DNA of 64,000 bases. Origin: Nitrospirota bacterium. Its GTDB lineage: Bacteria > Nitrospirota > UBA9217. The DNA lies in contig CAWJQQ010000003.1 of NCBI GenBank assembly GCA_963845065.1, positions 96,001-160,000 on the forward strand, read 5' to 3'. The position numbers and the translations under genes were made by a program. Positions 17,851-28,147 of this stretch are shown piece by piece. The notes below the pieces were generated by a model, which worked only from the letters and a program-made list of their open reading frames with translations, was not told the origin of the DNA and did not search any database. Every line of letters begins with the position of its first letter. Position 1 is the first letter of the stretch.

Positions 17851-18505
17851 CCCGGTTGTCACTTTATAAGAAAATCACCGGCGTAAAAAAGATCGTGGTT
17901 TGGGTTTCTCTTTAATCCAGAAGCCGCGCTAGCTAAGAATACCTTACAGCAATAGTACGGGAAGACTTGGCCGTCCTGATAAACGAAAAAAGCTCATCTG
18001 GCTACAAAGGCCGGACATTCAACAAGATGATTAACAATGGATCAAATGTGCAGTATCTTCGCAGGGCATCGGATAAATTACGGATGGTATCCCAGAACTG
18101 ATTGTTCCGAGCTATTACACATCCACTGCCTGCACGGTCCATTCCGTGGCCGACGCTTGTATGCAACAAGGAAAAATATTTTGCTGTCCATGCTGCAACG
18201 TCAAAGAACATGCTGACGAGCATGTTGTGTATATTATTGGTAATTACCTTTTACTGCGTCCTAATCCGGTGCGGCAAGTGACACTGCATCTTTCAAAGGG
18301 CCGGCTATCCTCCATAAGGAACCGCCTTGTTGGAAGCCCCAACCAATAGATAAGTATTATCTTTGGTTGCGGGAGCATTCACGATAATGTCTCTCTGCCT
18401 ATTGCGGTCATATGGTTTACTGAATTATGGCATTATTTGCTTACCTCATGGAGAGTACGTTATTTGGTAGGAACTCCTTATTTGGAAGGTCTTGTTACTA
18501 CGGGG

Positions 18506-19546
18506 CTAAGATTGCTTGTCGACTTCTTCATAAACGAGACGGGTGATGTCACGTACAATTTTCGTCAATTTGTCAAAATCCTCGCCCCGTACCATAACCC
18601 CGAGGAGAAACGGACGGTTCGGATGATAGATTATTCCGAATTCGTGGAGCTGGGATAGCTCTTTTCCGTCACCGCCTGCAGTGACATCCGATACTCTTCT
18701 TTCTCCATGCTTGCTTGCAATATCGATGTTCGGCGGGATGCCAGCGACCATTCCTCTCCTGAATGATGATTTCGAAAGATACCGAAGGGCCTTTTCCGAC
18801 ATATCCTCTGTAAGAAAGGAGGCGTTGTAGAGGACGCGGAAGAAGGACGCGAACGCGTTCAACGACAAGGAGTCTTCCTGTTTGTTAGGGTCGTATTCAA
18901 CGTAAAGGTCATTGAATATTTTTTCAAGGCGGCTTGGTGGGAGATTCGCATACAAAAGAGCGTATGCATCGGCATCGTCGTGGGCGATCATCCTGAAGAT
19001 AAGGTCATTGACTGTATAGGCTTTTCCAGGTTCAAGTTTCTCTCCTTGATCGCTCTGTCTTTGCCCTGTCTCTTGTCCGTTGCCGGGGATCGTGAGGGTT
19101 TTCCGCAGGACCAGCGGATTCGATTCCGCCCATTTGAAATAAGCGATCATGAGCGGCACCTTTAACAGGCTCTTTGGCGAGAACTTGTCATGCTCCCTGA
19201 TGCCGAACCAGTTCCCATTATTCAGGTCACGGAAATAGACAGAGACGGCAACAGCATCGCCGCTTTTCAGCGTATTTTCGATCAATGCATTCACTTTGTA
19301 CTTGAAAGGCTTTAGTTCCTTGGTCGTGTGAATTTTCCCGGTGTTATTCAATTCTACGGAGGCACGGATAAACCTGAACGTGTCTTCCGTCTGTTCAGGG
19401 ACGGCGTCACTTCTACTTACTGTAGAAAAGCTGAACACGCCCATCCCAGCACCCACGAATACACCAAGCGCAAAGGAGGCGGCAAGCAGGGTCAACAGGA
19501 GAGGTCGTTTGATCGATACCATTTTTTCTTTATCTCTTTCCATCAA
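18506..19546 (-). CDS. Serine hydrolase, class A beta-lactamase fold
   Basis: SVYFRDLNNG, SxxK (SLLK), KHG in the KTG position, LHEFGIIY; N-terminal TM/signal; the SDN position reads DDA. Confidence 0.82.
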   Translation of the reverse strand: MMERDKEKMVSIKRPLLLTLLAASFALGVFVGAGMGVFSFSTVSRSDAVPEQTEDTFRFIRASVELNNTGKIHTTKELKPFKYKVNALIENTLKSGDAVAVSVYFRDLNNGNWFGIREHDKFSPKSLLKVPLMIAYFKWAESNPLVLRKTLTIPGNGQETGQRQSDQGEKLEPGKAYTVNDLIFRMIAHDDADAYALLYANLPPSRLEKIFNDLYVEYDPNKQEDSLSLNAFASFFRVLYNASFLTEDMSEKALRYLSKSSFRRGMVAGIPPNIDIASKHGERRVSDVTAGGDGKELSQLHEFGIIYHPNRPFLLGVMVRGEDFDKLTKIVRDITRLVYEEVDKQS

Positions 19547-20091
19547 CGTCTTGTTACAGCCGATCGTCTTACGGAAGATTTCCTCCGCACAATTCCAGCC
19601 GTTGTCTTAACAGGTTTACTTACCTCCGGGGATAACATAAGCTGTGGAGGGATATTTTGCGCCCCGAGGATCTCTGCAATTTGGTCCAGCGCCTGCGCGA
19701 TGTTTTCCAGCTTGCTCGAGCTCAGCTGTTCAAGGCCGGAGACCAGGAGGCCCTGGGCTACTTCCGGCGATTTCTTGACCAATGCCCGACCCTTTCCGGT
19801 TAATTCTACCCGGACCACGCGGCGGTCCTCAGTAGAGCGTATTCTTATGACCAGCCCCTGCTTTTCGAGGCGGTCAAGAATGCCGACCACGGTAGCCGGG
19901 TGAAGATAAATACGCCTGGCGATCTCCGAAACCATGATTGGCGCTTCCTGGGCTATGGTTTTTATTGCCCAAAGCTGAGGGCCGGTGAGGCCAGTCTCAT
20001 GCTCGGCCTTCTTCGACTGCTCATTGACTACCTGAAATACCCGACGCAAGTTATCGATGATTTTCGCGACTGCATCTGGTCTCTTGCCCAA
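19543..20091 (-). CDS. MarR family transcriptional regulator
   Basis: GLTGPQLWAI, LHPATVVGILDRLEKQGLV, EDRRVVRVELT; RBS AAGGAGG with TTG start. Confidence 0.9.
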   Translation of the reverse strand: MGKRPDAVAKIIDNLRRVFQVVNEQSKKAEHETGLTGPQLWAIKTIAQEAPIMVSEIARRIYLHPATVVGILDRLEKQGLVIRIRSTEDRRVVRVELTGKGRALVKKSPEVAQGLLVSGLEQLSSSKLENIAQALDQIAEILGAQNIPPQLMLSPEVSKPVKTTAGIVRRKSSVRRSAVTRR

Positions 20092-21192
20092 GACTTAAAC
20101 CTCCTTACAATTGCCTTGACAAAGCAGAAAGAAAGTGCTCATAAAAATTTGTGTGCAAACTACTTTAACACATACTATAAGGAATGCAATTAAAAAGTAA
20201 CTCTCCGATTAAACTAAACATGGGTCATGGTGCCAAGAAGTTAATAAATAGAACTCCATACGTTTATTATAAAGCGAATGTATGAAATTAACAAAAAATG
20301 ATAACGACAAGCTGCATATATATTCAGTGAAAGTTAAGACGTATGGTTTGGCCTCGTTAAAGACGCCCCTTCGGCATTATCGCCATGATGAGCAGGAATG
20401 CCGATATGTATCGCAAAAGTTTTAGTTATCTATCATTTATCATACTGGTCGGCATTGCTACCTTGTGAGTCGTACGAAAAAAAGCAGAAGTGACAATATC
20501 GCTGGAAGCGCAAACGGAATCAGAAAATGGAAAGTCGTCGGCGACACCTGCCACATCGACAGAATCTACAACTGCCGAGGCGAAGCCCGTGATGAAATCC
20601 GAAGGATCGAATGAAAAGTCCTGAACGATGTCAGCAGGACTCAACCAAATTTATGTTGATTACAACAAGTCCTTTATCCGCGATGACCAGGGCTGTATTG
20701 AAAGGCGGATGTTCACTGGCTTAAGGCGATTGCTATGGTAACAGTTAAAATCGAGGGCAATTGTAATTAACGCAATCATAATAAGGCGCTCAGTAAACTG
20801 CATGCAGGAAGGGCAACAAATATTTGATTAGTATTGGCATCTAAAAACACCGGATCGCTTATCAGCAATAGAAAGGAAAAACCGATTTGCGATCAACAAG
20901 GTGAAACCTGCTGGCAGAAGAACCAGCGCGATGTCTTAGTCGTTATGAACAAATAGACATGCTTGGCGGCATAAGCGCCTAACGGATGGAAGTCCTAATA
21001 ATTGGGACACCGCCATCAGACGAACTTTTCAATGGAAATTGTGAAGATGACAATCAACATATTACCCAGAATATGTCGTTTTCGCAATCACACTGCTGGT
21101 TGTCGGATACTACTTGACGAAAAAAGATCAAGACAAATGAGGGGCCTAGTGAATCGTCAGTGAGTGACGACAAAGACAAACAGCTACATTGA

Positions 21193-21239
21193 TTGATATC
21201 CTCCCCGGCCTCACGGTCGGGGTCTTACGGCGCATTGAG
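21193..21239 (-). repeat. 47-bp IS200/IS605 solo-hairpin mini-element (uninterrupted copy)
   Basis: Minus strand TTTAT (21244-21240) then CTCAATGCGCCGTAAGACCCCGACCGTGAGGCCGGGGAGGATATCAA; 44/47 identical to the reconstructed copy at 9273. Confidence 0.85.
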
Positions 21240-21348
21240 ATAAAAATACACCAGCTATGACCTTCCGACATTTAAGGGCCTGTCTATGGACCTACACTTT
21301 ATGGGAGGTTTTCCGTGCGAAATACGTCTGCGAACTGGATGAAACATG

Positions 21349-21673
21349 ATGAGCTACCTGGACAGGATGAAATGGACCGAATTAAAAGCTGATTTGTAAA
21401 TAGGGTTTCAGGAAGGCATCGTAGCTATTAAAAAAGGTGCCATGGTCGCCGAAAGAGAGTGGGCGAATTGACAGAAGAAGATATGCGTCAATACAAACTG
21501 ATCACGCTCAAGGTAAAAATGCACAATGGCTTTTCTAATGTTGGCGCGAGAGTGTGCTCGCCGGTAGTGGAGAAAGGCGGGAAATATCCCGCAGCGGACA
21601 CTAAGTGAAAGACATAACGGCACAGCTCAACAGATATGAGGCGGAAATCTCTTTGCTCGAAATGTCGCTTTGA
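21349..21673 (+). pseudogene. Remnant of a small coiled-coil hypothetical protein
   Basis: MSYLDRMKWTELKADL*IGFQEGIVAIKKGA...(fs)GELTEEDMRQYKLITLKVK...VGARV...(fs)VKDITAQLNRYEAEISLLE; one stop and two apparent frameshifts. Confidence 0.45.
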
Positions 21674-21859
21674 AAGTTATCCAAACGGAGAACCAGAAAA
21701 GCTGCGTGAATTTTCCCTACCTAATGTAAAAAATGAAACAATGGATCTTTTTTTGAGGGTGCAAGCGTTTTTATACCTCCGGCGCCCTTTCTTCATTTTA
21801 TCTTCTCTTCAACTAGTGCTCACGTGGAACAAAAACAAATGGTCACAAAAAGAAAAAGG

Positions 21860-21888
21860 TTGACAACACAAATAAACCTGTTTAATAT
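21860..21888 (+). promoter_or_regulatory. Putative sigma70 promoter of the pgsA operon
   Basis: TTGACA, 17-nt spacer, TAATAT. Confidence 0.6.
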
Positions 21889-21924
21889 TAAAAAGATAAG
21901 TTTTGAGGATTAAGCGAGGAGTTG

Positions 21925-22461
21925 ATGAACCTTCCGAATTACATTACGCTCGCACGTATAATACTAATCCCGTTTTTCATTGATCTGATGATTTATGGTT
22001 ATTACCGGAGCGCCCTTTGCGTTTTTATGATTGCCTGTGTGACTGATGCACTCGACGGAATGATAGCTCGAATTACCCAGTCGAAAACTGAGCTGGGTGC
22101 ATTTCTCGATCCCATGGCAGACAAATTGCTTATCCTATCCTCATTCGTGACGCTTGTTCTGCTGCGCATGCTCCCAATCTGGCTTGTGGTCATAGTCGTA
22201 AGCAGGGATGTTATCCTTGTAATAGGCAGTGCTGTAATTCATTTTACGGGGCATGATCTTAAAGCCCGTCCCTCAATTATAGGCAAAGCCACGACAGTAT
22301 TGCAGCTTGCTGTAGTGACGCTTTCACTATTGCTGAAAATCTACGCGGTGAAGGTAGGACTCATGCATCTCTTATATGGGACCACAGCGGTTGTTACGGT
22401 AGCTTCGGGCGCTCAGTATGTTTCACGGGGTATGAAGATCGTTGGAGAAGATGTCTCGTGA
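21925..22461 (+). CDS. pgsA: CDP-alcohol phosphatidyltransferase (PgsA)
   Basis: MNLPNYITLARI, TDALDGMIAR...GAFLDPMADK. Confidence 0.88.
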   Translation: MNLPNYITLARIILIPFFIDLMIYGYYRSALCVFMIACVTDALDGMIARITQSKTELGAFLDPMADKLLILSSFVTLVLLRMLPIWLVVIVVSRDVILVIGSAVIHFTGHDLKARPSIIGKATTVLQLAVVTLSLLLKIYAVKVGLMHLLYGTTAVVTVASGAQYVSRGMKIVGEDVS

Positions 22462-22483
22462 TTTATTAATAGGGAGGTCGCTT

Positions 22484-22918
22484 ATGAAAATATCCGACAT
22501 GATCAGACAGGCGCTGGAAAAAAAGGGCTTCAGAAATCTGAAGGATGCATCCAAAGTGCTTGGAATAAGCCCGGAACTTCTGCGTGTTACGATCAATAAA
22601 GGGCATATTCCAAAAGACACAACCCTCATGATGATCGCGGTCAAACTGAATCTTGACAAATCCGTTCTTATTCTGGCAGCGCACCAGGAAAAAGTTCCTG
22701 CAGAAGTCAAAGGATTTTTTCTCTCTCCGTCCCAAGCAAAATTCAGGAGAGGAAAACGTAGATATCCACTTTCCGAAGAGCAGATTAATTATCTTGAAAA
22801 AATATTGAGTGTGGACGAGATCATGATGTTGAGAAAATTCCGTCAAGTGTCCGATGAGGCAAGGACGCAGATAGATGGCTATATCGATTATATGTTTGCT
22901 TCAAAGAGGAGTGCGTGA
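22484..22918 (+). CDS. Hypothetical protein with probable XRE-like helix-turn-helix
   Basis: RBS GGGAGG; 'LKDASKVLGISPELLRVTINKGHIPKDTTLMMIAVKLNLD' fits an HTH pattern. Confidence 0.65.
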   Translation: MKISDMIRQALEKKGFRNLKDASKVLGISPELLRVTINKGHIPKDTTLMMIAVKLNLDKSVLILAAHQEKVPAEVKGFFLSPSQAKFRRGKRRYPLSEEQINYLEKILSVDEIMMLRKFRQVSDEARTQIDGYIDYMFASKRSA

Positions 22919-24208
22919 TTGCTGGAGATTTGTAAGGTTCTGCCGGGAGGGCTTGGCGAGGAATTAGGGTTCAAACAGAGCGACAGTATAGTGTCTATAA
23001 ACGGCGAAGAGGTTAACGACTGTATAGACTATAAATTTATTGTGGCAGATGAACACATCGTCATCATCCTTCAGACAAAAAAGGGCAAGTGTAGAACGTT
23101 CGCCATTGATAAAGACGCTGACGATGCCCTCGGGCTTGAATTTGCCCCTCTTAACATTAAACGATGCAGAAATAAATGCATTTTTTGTTTCGTCGACCAG
23201 ATGCCGAAAGGCTGCAGAAAAAGCCTGTACATCAAAGACGACGACTACCGTGCGTCTTTTTTTCACGGAAATTATATTACACTCGGATCTCTCTCTGAAC
23301 AAGACTACAAACGGATATTTCATCAGCGCTTATCGCCGCTCTATATTTCAGTTCATACAACCGAACCGGCATTACGCTCCTTCATGATAGGAAATAAAAA
23401 ATCTCCTGATATTATGGCGAGCATGAAGTGGCTAGCTGCAGGCGGCATCAAGATGCACACCCAGATCGTCTTATGCCCGGGAGTTAATGATGGTTCATAT
23501 CTTGAACGAACATTGGATGATTTATCGGGGCTGTTCCCTTCCGTTGCTTCCGTTGCAGTCGTCCCCGTAGGCATCACCGCTTTCCGAAAAGCACTTTATC
23601 CGCTCCGAACATTTACTATGCACGAAGCTCGTGCAGTGCTTGATATCACCATTAGGTTTGGAAGAGAATTCAAAAAGCAATCCGGCTCACGATTAGTGTT
23701 TGCTTCCGATGAATTTTATATTCAGGCAAGAGAGACTTTTCCCGCACCGGCTTTTTACGAGGATTTCCCTCAAATAGAAAATGGCGTGGGTATGGTGACG
23801 AATTTCCTCCGAGAGACGTCACGTACGAAGTTGCCTTCACGTATTTCACCCATGCGTGTTACTATTGCGACCGGAATTTCATTTAGTAATATTTTAAAAA
23901 ATGTATTAACGCGCCTTAAGAAAATACGTGGACTCACAGGCGACCTTGTAACAGTGAAGAATTATTATTTTGGACGGTCAGTCACAGTCGCAGGACTCTT
24001 AACGGGTAGCGACGTACTGAAGGCTTTGAAGCGCCGGCGGTTGGGTGATGTCCTTTTTATACCTGCCAGTATGCTGAAAGAAGACAAAAACATATTTCTC
24101 GATAACATGACGCTAGAACATCTAGAGGAACAGCTCAACGTCAAAATAATACCTGCATCGACTTTTTGCGAAATCATGCTTGCAATACGTAGTTACGGAA
24201 GAGGTTGA
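22919..24208 (+). CDS. PDZ + radical-SAM-like Fe-S protein (DUF512 family)
   Basis: N-terminal PDZ-like part; CRNKCIFCFVDQMP, LYIKDDDYRASF, FPQIENGVG, VTVAGLLTG. Confidence 0.88.
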   Translation: MLEICKVLPGGLGEELGFKQSDSIVSINGEEVNDCIDYKFIVADEHIVIILQTKKGKCRTFAIDKDADDALGLEFAPLNIKRCRNKCIFCFVDQMPKGCRKSLYIKDDDYRASFFHGNYITLGSLSEQDYKRIFHQRLSPLYISVHTTEPALRSFMIGNKKSPDIMASMKWLAAGGIKMHTQIVLCPGVNDGSYLERTLDDLSGLFPSVASVAVVPVGITAFRKALYPLRTFTMHEARAVLDITIRFGREFKKQSGSRLVFASDEFYIQARETFPAPAFYEDFPQIENGVGMVTNFLRETSRTKLPSRISPMRVTIATGISFSNILKNVLTRLKKIRGLTGDLVTVKNYYFGRSVTVAGLLTGSDVLKALKRRRLGDVLFIPASMLKEDKNIFLDNMTLEHLEEQLNVKIIPASTFCEIMLAIRSYGRG

Positions 24209-24211
24209 CCA

Positions 24212-25081
24212 ATGATCTCCGGCAAAACGAAGCTATATGGAATTTTCGGATATCCTGTTGAGCACACGTTTTCTCCATGCATGCATAATTCAGCATTCAA
24301 AAAATTGCACCTGGATGCATGCTATGTTCCATTTGCAGTAAGTCCGGATAATCTGGGTGAAGCAGCGAAGGCGCTCATTCCACTTGGCCTCTGCGGGGTA
24401 AATGTAACCGTACCACACAAGGAAAAGATAATAGCTCATTTAGATGGATTGTCGGAGGAAGCGCAGCTAATCGGAGCTGTCAACACCATCGAGATCAAGG
24501 AGGGGAAGCTGATTGGCCACAATACCGATGGCCGAGGTTTTCTTAGGTCTCTTCGAGACAATGCGGGATTTAATCCTAAAGGGAAACAGATATTTATTAT
24601 AGGCTCAGGAGGCGCTGCGAGAGCCGTGGGTTTCAGTCTTGCGCTAGCCGGAACAAAAAAAATAGTGTTTACCGATCTTGATGAAATGAAGGCTGATGCA
24701 TTGGTGACTGATATCACAGAAAAAACAGGTCGTTTAGTCGAATATGTAAAGCATGAATCAATTGCTGAATCTGCCGCTGAAGCCCATTGCGTTATCAATG
24801 CCACTCCCATAGGGTTGAAAAGAACAGATCCGTTGCCGATAGCACGGGAGAACATCCGAAATAAACATCTCATCTGCGACCTCGTCTATAATCCGGCGGA
24901 AACCAGATTCCTGCAAGCAGCAAAAGCTAATGGAGCGAAGATCCTGCCTGGAATCGGAATGTTGCTGTATCAGGGTGTTATTGCCTTTGAAATATGGACG
25001 GGCCAGAAGGCTCCTATCGCGATCATGAAAAATGCACTTGCCAGGCAGATTGCTGCTCGACAGAAGAATCAATTGAAATAG
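24212..25081 (+). CDS. aroE: Shikimate dehydrogenase
   Basis: GYPVEHTFSP, NVTVPHKE, GAVNT, NTDGRGF, GSGGAARA, GMLLYQG. Confidence 0.95.
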   Translation: MISGKTKLYGIFGYPVEHTFSPCMHNSAFKKLHLDACYVPFAVSPDNLGEAAKALIPLGLCGVNVTVPHKEKIIAHLDGLSEEAQLIGAVNTIEIKEGKLIGHNTDGRGFLRSLRDNAGFNPKGKQIFIIGSGGAARAVGFSLALAGTKKIVFTDLDEMKADALVTDITEKTGRLVEYVKHESIAESAAEAHCVINATPIGLKRTDPLPIARENIRNKHLICDLVYNPAETRFLQAAKANGAKILPGIGMLLYQGVIAFEIWTGQKAPIAIMKNALARQIAARQKNQLK

Positions 25082-25092
25082 ACTGACGCATC

Positions 25093-25121
25093 TTGACATA
25101 CCTATCGCATTAAAGTAATAT
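25093..25121 (+). promoter_or_regulatory. Putative sigma70 promoter of pilB
   Basis: TTGACA, 17-nt spacer, TAATAT. Confidence 0.6.
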
Positions 25122-25155
25122 TGTATTGATTTCTTCTTAAAATTAAGGAGTTAAT

Positions 25156-27000
25156 ATGGCAATGTCAGGCAGACTCGGCTCCATGCTCGTCTCGTCGGGT
25201 CTTATCACGGATGATCAGCTAAAAAAAGCACTCTCGACACAAAAGTCAGAGGGGGGCAGACTGGGTTCCATTCTGGTAAAGCTGGGGTTTGTCCAAGAAG
25301 ATAAACTCATGACGTTTCTAAGCAAACAGTATGGCGTCCCTTATGTCGACCTTGGCAAGTTCGAGATCAACGCCGCTGTCATCAAACATATTCCCCCCGA
25401 TGTTGCCCAAAAATACCGAATTATGCCGATCAATCGCGCTGGAGCTACGATCACGATTGCCATGGTGGATCCTTCCAATATATTTGCCATCGACGACATA
25501 AAATTTATGACGGGTTACAATGTCGAGGCGGTAGTTGCGACTGAAGGAGCTATCGTTGAGGCCATTAAGAAGTATTATGGTGGTGCCAAATCTCTTGTGA
25601 CTGCCAAGGCAGGAGCAACTCCGACAGTCAAGGATGATAAGAAACTTTCCTTGGATGCCAAAGACTATTCCTTTGATGAGGAAATAACAGAAGACAGTTT
25701 TGTAGACGATATCGATACCGGTGGTGAAGTAGATGTCGATGACTTCGACAGCCTCATTCATGGAGCCGTGGATGAACTTGAAGTAGTTGAAGACCAGGAA
25801 CTTGACAACCTGTCGGCTGATGTTGAAGCACCTATCGTCAAGCTCGTTAACGGTATCTTGCTAAGGGCGGCGAAAATCGGTGTGAGTGATATTCATATCG
25901 AACCTTATGAGAAAAAATTCAGGGTCCGATACCGACTCGACGGCGTCCTCAAGACTGTTATGGGGCTTCCGCTGAAGATCAAAAATGCAATCATTTCCCG
26001 TATCAAGATCATGTCAAACCTCGATATAGCCGAACGACGACTTCCTCAGGACGGTAGGATCAAACTGAAAATGGGAAAAAGCAAAACTATGGACTTTCGG
26101 GTTTCCGTCATCCCATGTCTGTTCGGAGAAAAGATTGTGATGCGATTGCTCGATAAATCGAATCTGCAACTTGATATGACCAAGCTTGGATTCGATGAAG
26201 ACCAACTTGTCGATTTTAAGGAAGCGCTGGGGAGGCCCTTCGGTATGGTCCTAGTAACAGGTCCTACAGGAAGTGGAAAAACAACGACGCTCTACTCAGC
26301 ACTGAGCGAACTGAATACAGATACGGAAAACTTAATGACCGCGGAAGACCCGGTCGAGTTCAACCTGATGGGAATCAACCAAGTCCAGATGAAGGATGAA
26401 ATTGGGCTAAACTTCGCAGCCGCACTTCGCTCTTTTCTGAGACAGGACCCCGACATTATCATGGTGGGAGAGACTCGCGACTATGAAACGGCTGAAATCG
26501 GCGTTAAAGCCGCTCTTACAGGCCACCTCGTACTCACGACCATCCATACTAATGATGCACCTAGCACAATCAACCGCATGCTGAATATGGGTGTTGAGCC
26601 TTTCCTGGTCTCGTCGGCCGTAATCCTGATTGTTGCGCAACGGCTTGTACGCAAGATCTGCAACAATTGCAAAAAACCAGAAAAATTACCGGTTCAAGTC
26701 TTCATTGAGGCCGGGTTCACAGCTGAAGAGGCTGCATCAGTCATCAGTCATAAAGGGACAGGGTGCGAGGTATGTAATCAAACAGGATATAAAGGCAGAA
26801 TAGCACTCTACGAAGTGATGCCCATCAAAGACGAAATCAAAGAACTTATCCTGCAAGGTGCATCAGTGTTCGATATTAAAAGACAGGCTATAACTGGGGG
26901 GATGAAGACGCTTCGAAGGAGCGGACTGTTGAAAGTGAAGTCAGGCATGACTTCCTTGGAAGAAGTTGTTGAGAACACGTTCCCGGACACTCAGTCCTGA
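25156..27000 (+). CDS. pilB: Type IV-A pilus assembly ATPase PilB
   Basis: MshEN-like N-terminus RLGSMLV, SDIHIEP, ERRLPQDGR, GPTGSGKTTTLY, RQDPDIIMVGE, tetra-Cys zinc site. Confidence 0.95.
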   Translation: MAMSGRLGSMLVSSGLITDDQLKKALSTQKSEGGRLGSILVKLGFVQEDKLMTFLSKQYGVPYVDLGKFEINAAVIKHIPPDVAQKYRIMPINRAGATITIAMVDPSNIFAIDDIKFMTGYNVEAVVATEGAIVEAIKKYYGGAKSLVTAKAGATPTVKDDKKLSLDAKDYSFDEEITEDSFVDDIDTGGEVDVDDFDSLIHGAVDELEVVEDQELDNLSADVEAPIVKLVNGILLRAAKIGVSDIHIEPYEKKFRVRYRLDGVLKTVMGLPLKIKNAIISRIKIMSNLDIAERRLPQDGRIKLKMGKSKTMDFRVSVIPCLFGEKIVMRLLDKSNLQLDMTKLGFDEDQLVDFKEALGRPFGMVLVTGPTGSGKTTTLYSALSELNTDTENLMTAEDPVEFNLMGINQVQMKDEIGLNFAAALRSFLRQDPDIIMVGETRDYETAEIGVKAALTGHLVLTTIHTNDAPSTINRMLNMGVEPFLVSSAVILIVAQRLVRKICNNCKKPEKLPVQVFIEAGFTAEEAASVISHKGTGCEVCNQTGYKGRIALYEVMPIKDEIKELILQGASVFDIKRQAITGGMKTLRRSGLLKVKSGMTSLEEVVENTFPDTQS

Positions 27001-27043
27001 GACATAGAAACACGTCAAATGTCAGACAGAAAGAGGTAGCTTC

Positions 27044-28147
27044 ATGGCCAATCTGCACGATCTGCTGAAGTACATGATTGAAAAGGGCGCTTCGGATCTT
27101 CATATTACGACTGGCGCAGCTCCGTCCATCCGCGTCGATGGCAAGATGAAACCGATACCCAGCCTCGAATCTCTTTCGGGGACACAAACGAAGGACCTCT
27201 GTTATAGTATTCTTACAGACGCCCAAAAACATAAGTTTGAGGAAAACAGCGAACTGGATCTTTCCTTTGGTATCAAAAACCTGTCACGGTTTCGTGCAAA
27301 TGTCTTTATGCAGCGTGGTGCAGTAGCGGCGGCAATCAGAACCATTCCTTTCAAAATCAAAACATTCAACGAACTTGGGTTGCCGGAAGTGGCATCGGAT
27401 CTCTGTAAAAAACCACGGGGCCTTGTTCTCGTTACCGGACCGACAGGCAGCGGCAAGTCTACTACACTTGCTTCGATGATCGATAAGATAAACAACGAGC
27501 GGCAGGAACATATCATCACGATCGAGGACCCGATCGAATACCTGCATCCTCACAAAAAATGTCTCGTGAACCAGCGTGAAGTTAACGCGGATACGAAGTC
27601 ATTTAAAGACGCATTGAAATACATCTTGCGCCAGGATCCCGATGTCGTTCTCGTGGGCGAAATGCGTGACCTTGAAACCATCGAGGCTGCCTTGACCATC
27701 GCTGAAACAGGACACTTGACTTTTGCTTCGCTCCATACTAATTCCGCAGTGCAGAGTATGAACCGCATTATCGATGTGTTCCCCCCCTACCAGCAAGCAC
27801 AGGTAAGGGCCCAATTGTCTTTTGTTCTGGAGGGAGTTATATCTCAACAACTCATACCAAAAATCGGAGGAGGACGTGTTCTCGCGCTCGAGGTCATGAT
27901 GCCGAACTCCGCAATACGGAATCTTATTCGCGAGGATAAGGTTCATCAAATTTACTCAATCATGCAGACAGGCCAGTCAAAATTCGGCATGCAGACATTG
28001 AACCAATCATTGTACGAACTCTATGTCAAAAAACTGATTTCTTATGAGGATTGCATTGGGAGGTCATCAGTTGTTGATGAACTCGTGCAGATGATTGGGC
28101 GATCAGGCCTTGCAGGTGCACAAATGGTCCAAAAAGAGTATAGATAA
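27044..28147 (+). CDS. pilT: Twitching motility ATPase PilT
   Basis: ASDLHI, GPTGSGKSTTLA, AETGHL, AIRNLIRE, GMQT. Confidence 0.95.
   Translation: MANLHDLLKYMIEKGASDLHITTGAAPSIRVDGKMKPIPSLESLSGTQTKDLCYSILTDAQKHKFEENSELDLSFGIKNLSRFRANVFMQRGAVAAAIRTIPFKIKTFNELGLPEVASDLCKKPRGLVLVTGPTGSGKSTTLASMIDKINNERQEHIITIEDPIEYLHPHKKCLVNQREVNADTKSFKDALKYILRQDPDVVLVGEMRDLETIEAALTIAETGHLTFASLHTNSAVQSMNRIIDVFPPYQQAQVRAQLSFVLEGVISQQLIPKIGGGRVLALEVMMPNSAIRNLIREDKVHQIYSIMQTGQSKFGMQTLNQSLYELYVKKLISYEDCIGRSSVVDELVQMIGRSGLAGAQMVQKEYR

Noticed and set aside
18506..19546. Functional beta-lactam resistance gene
   Set aside because: SDN motif not conserved; only the fold can be claimed.
20940..21030. Possible riboswitch in a GC-richer intergenic patch
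   Set aside because: No recognisable consensus for c-di-GMP, fluoride, cobalamin, SAM or TPP classes by eye.
4644..21239. Three palindromic repeat copies as a CRISPR array or TnpB guide cassettes
   Set aside because: Copies are kilobases apart, in both orientations, without spacers, and 47 bp is too short for an omegaRNA scaffold.
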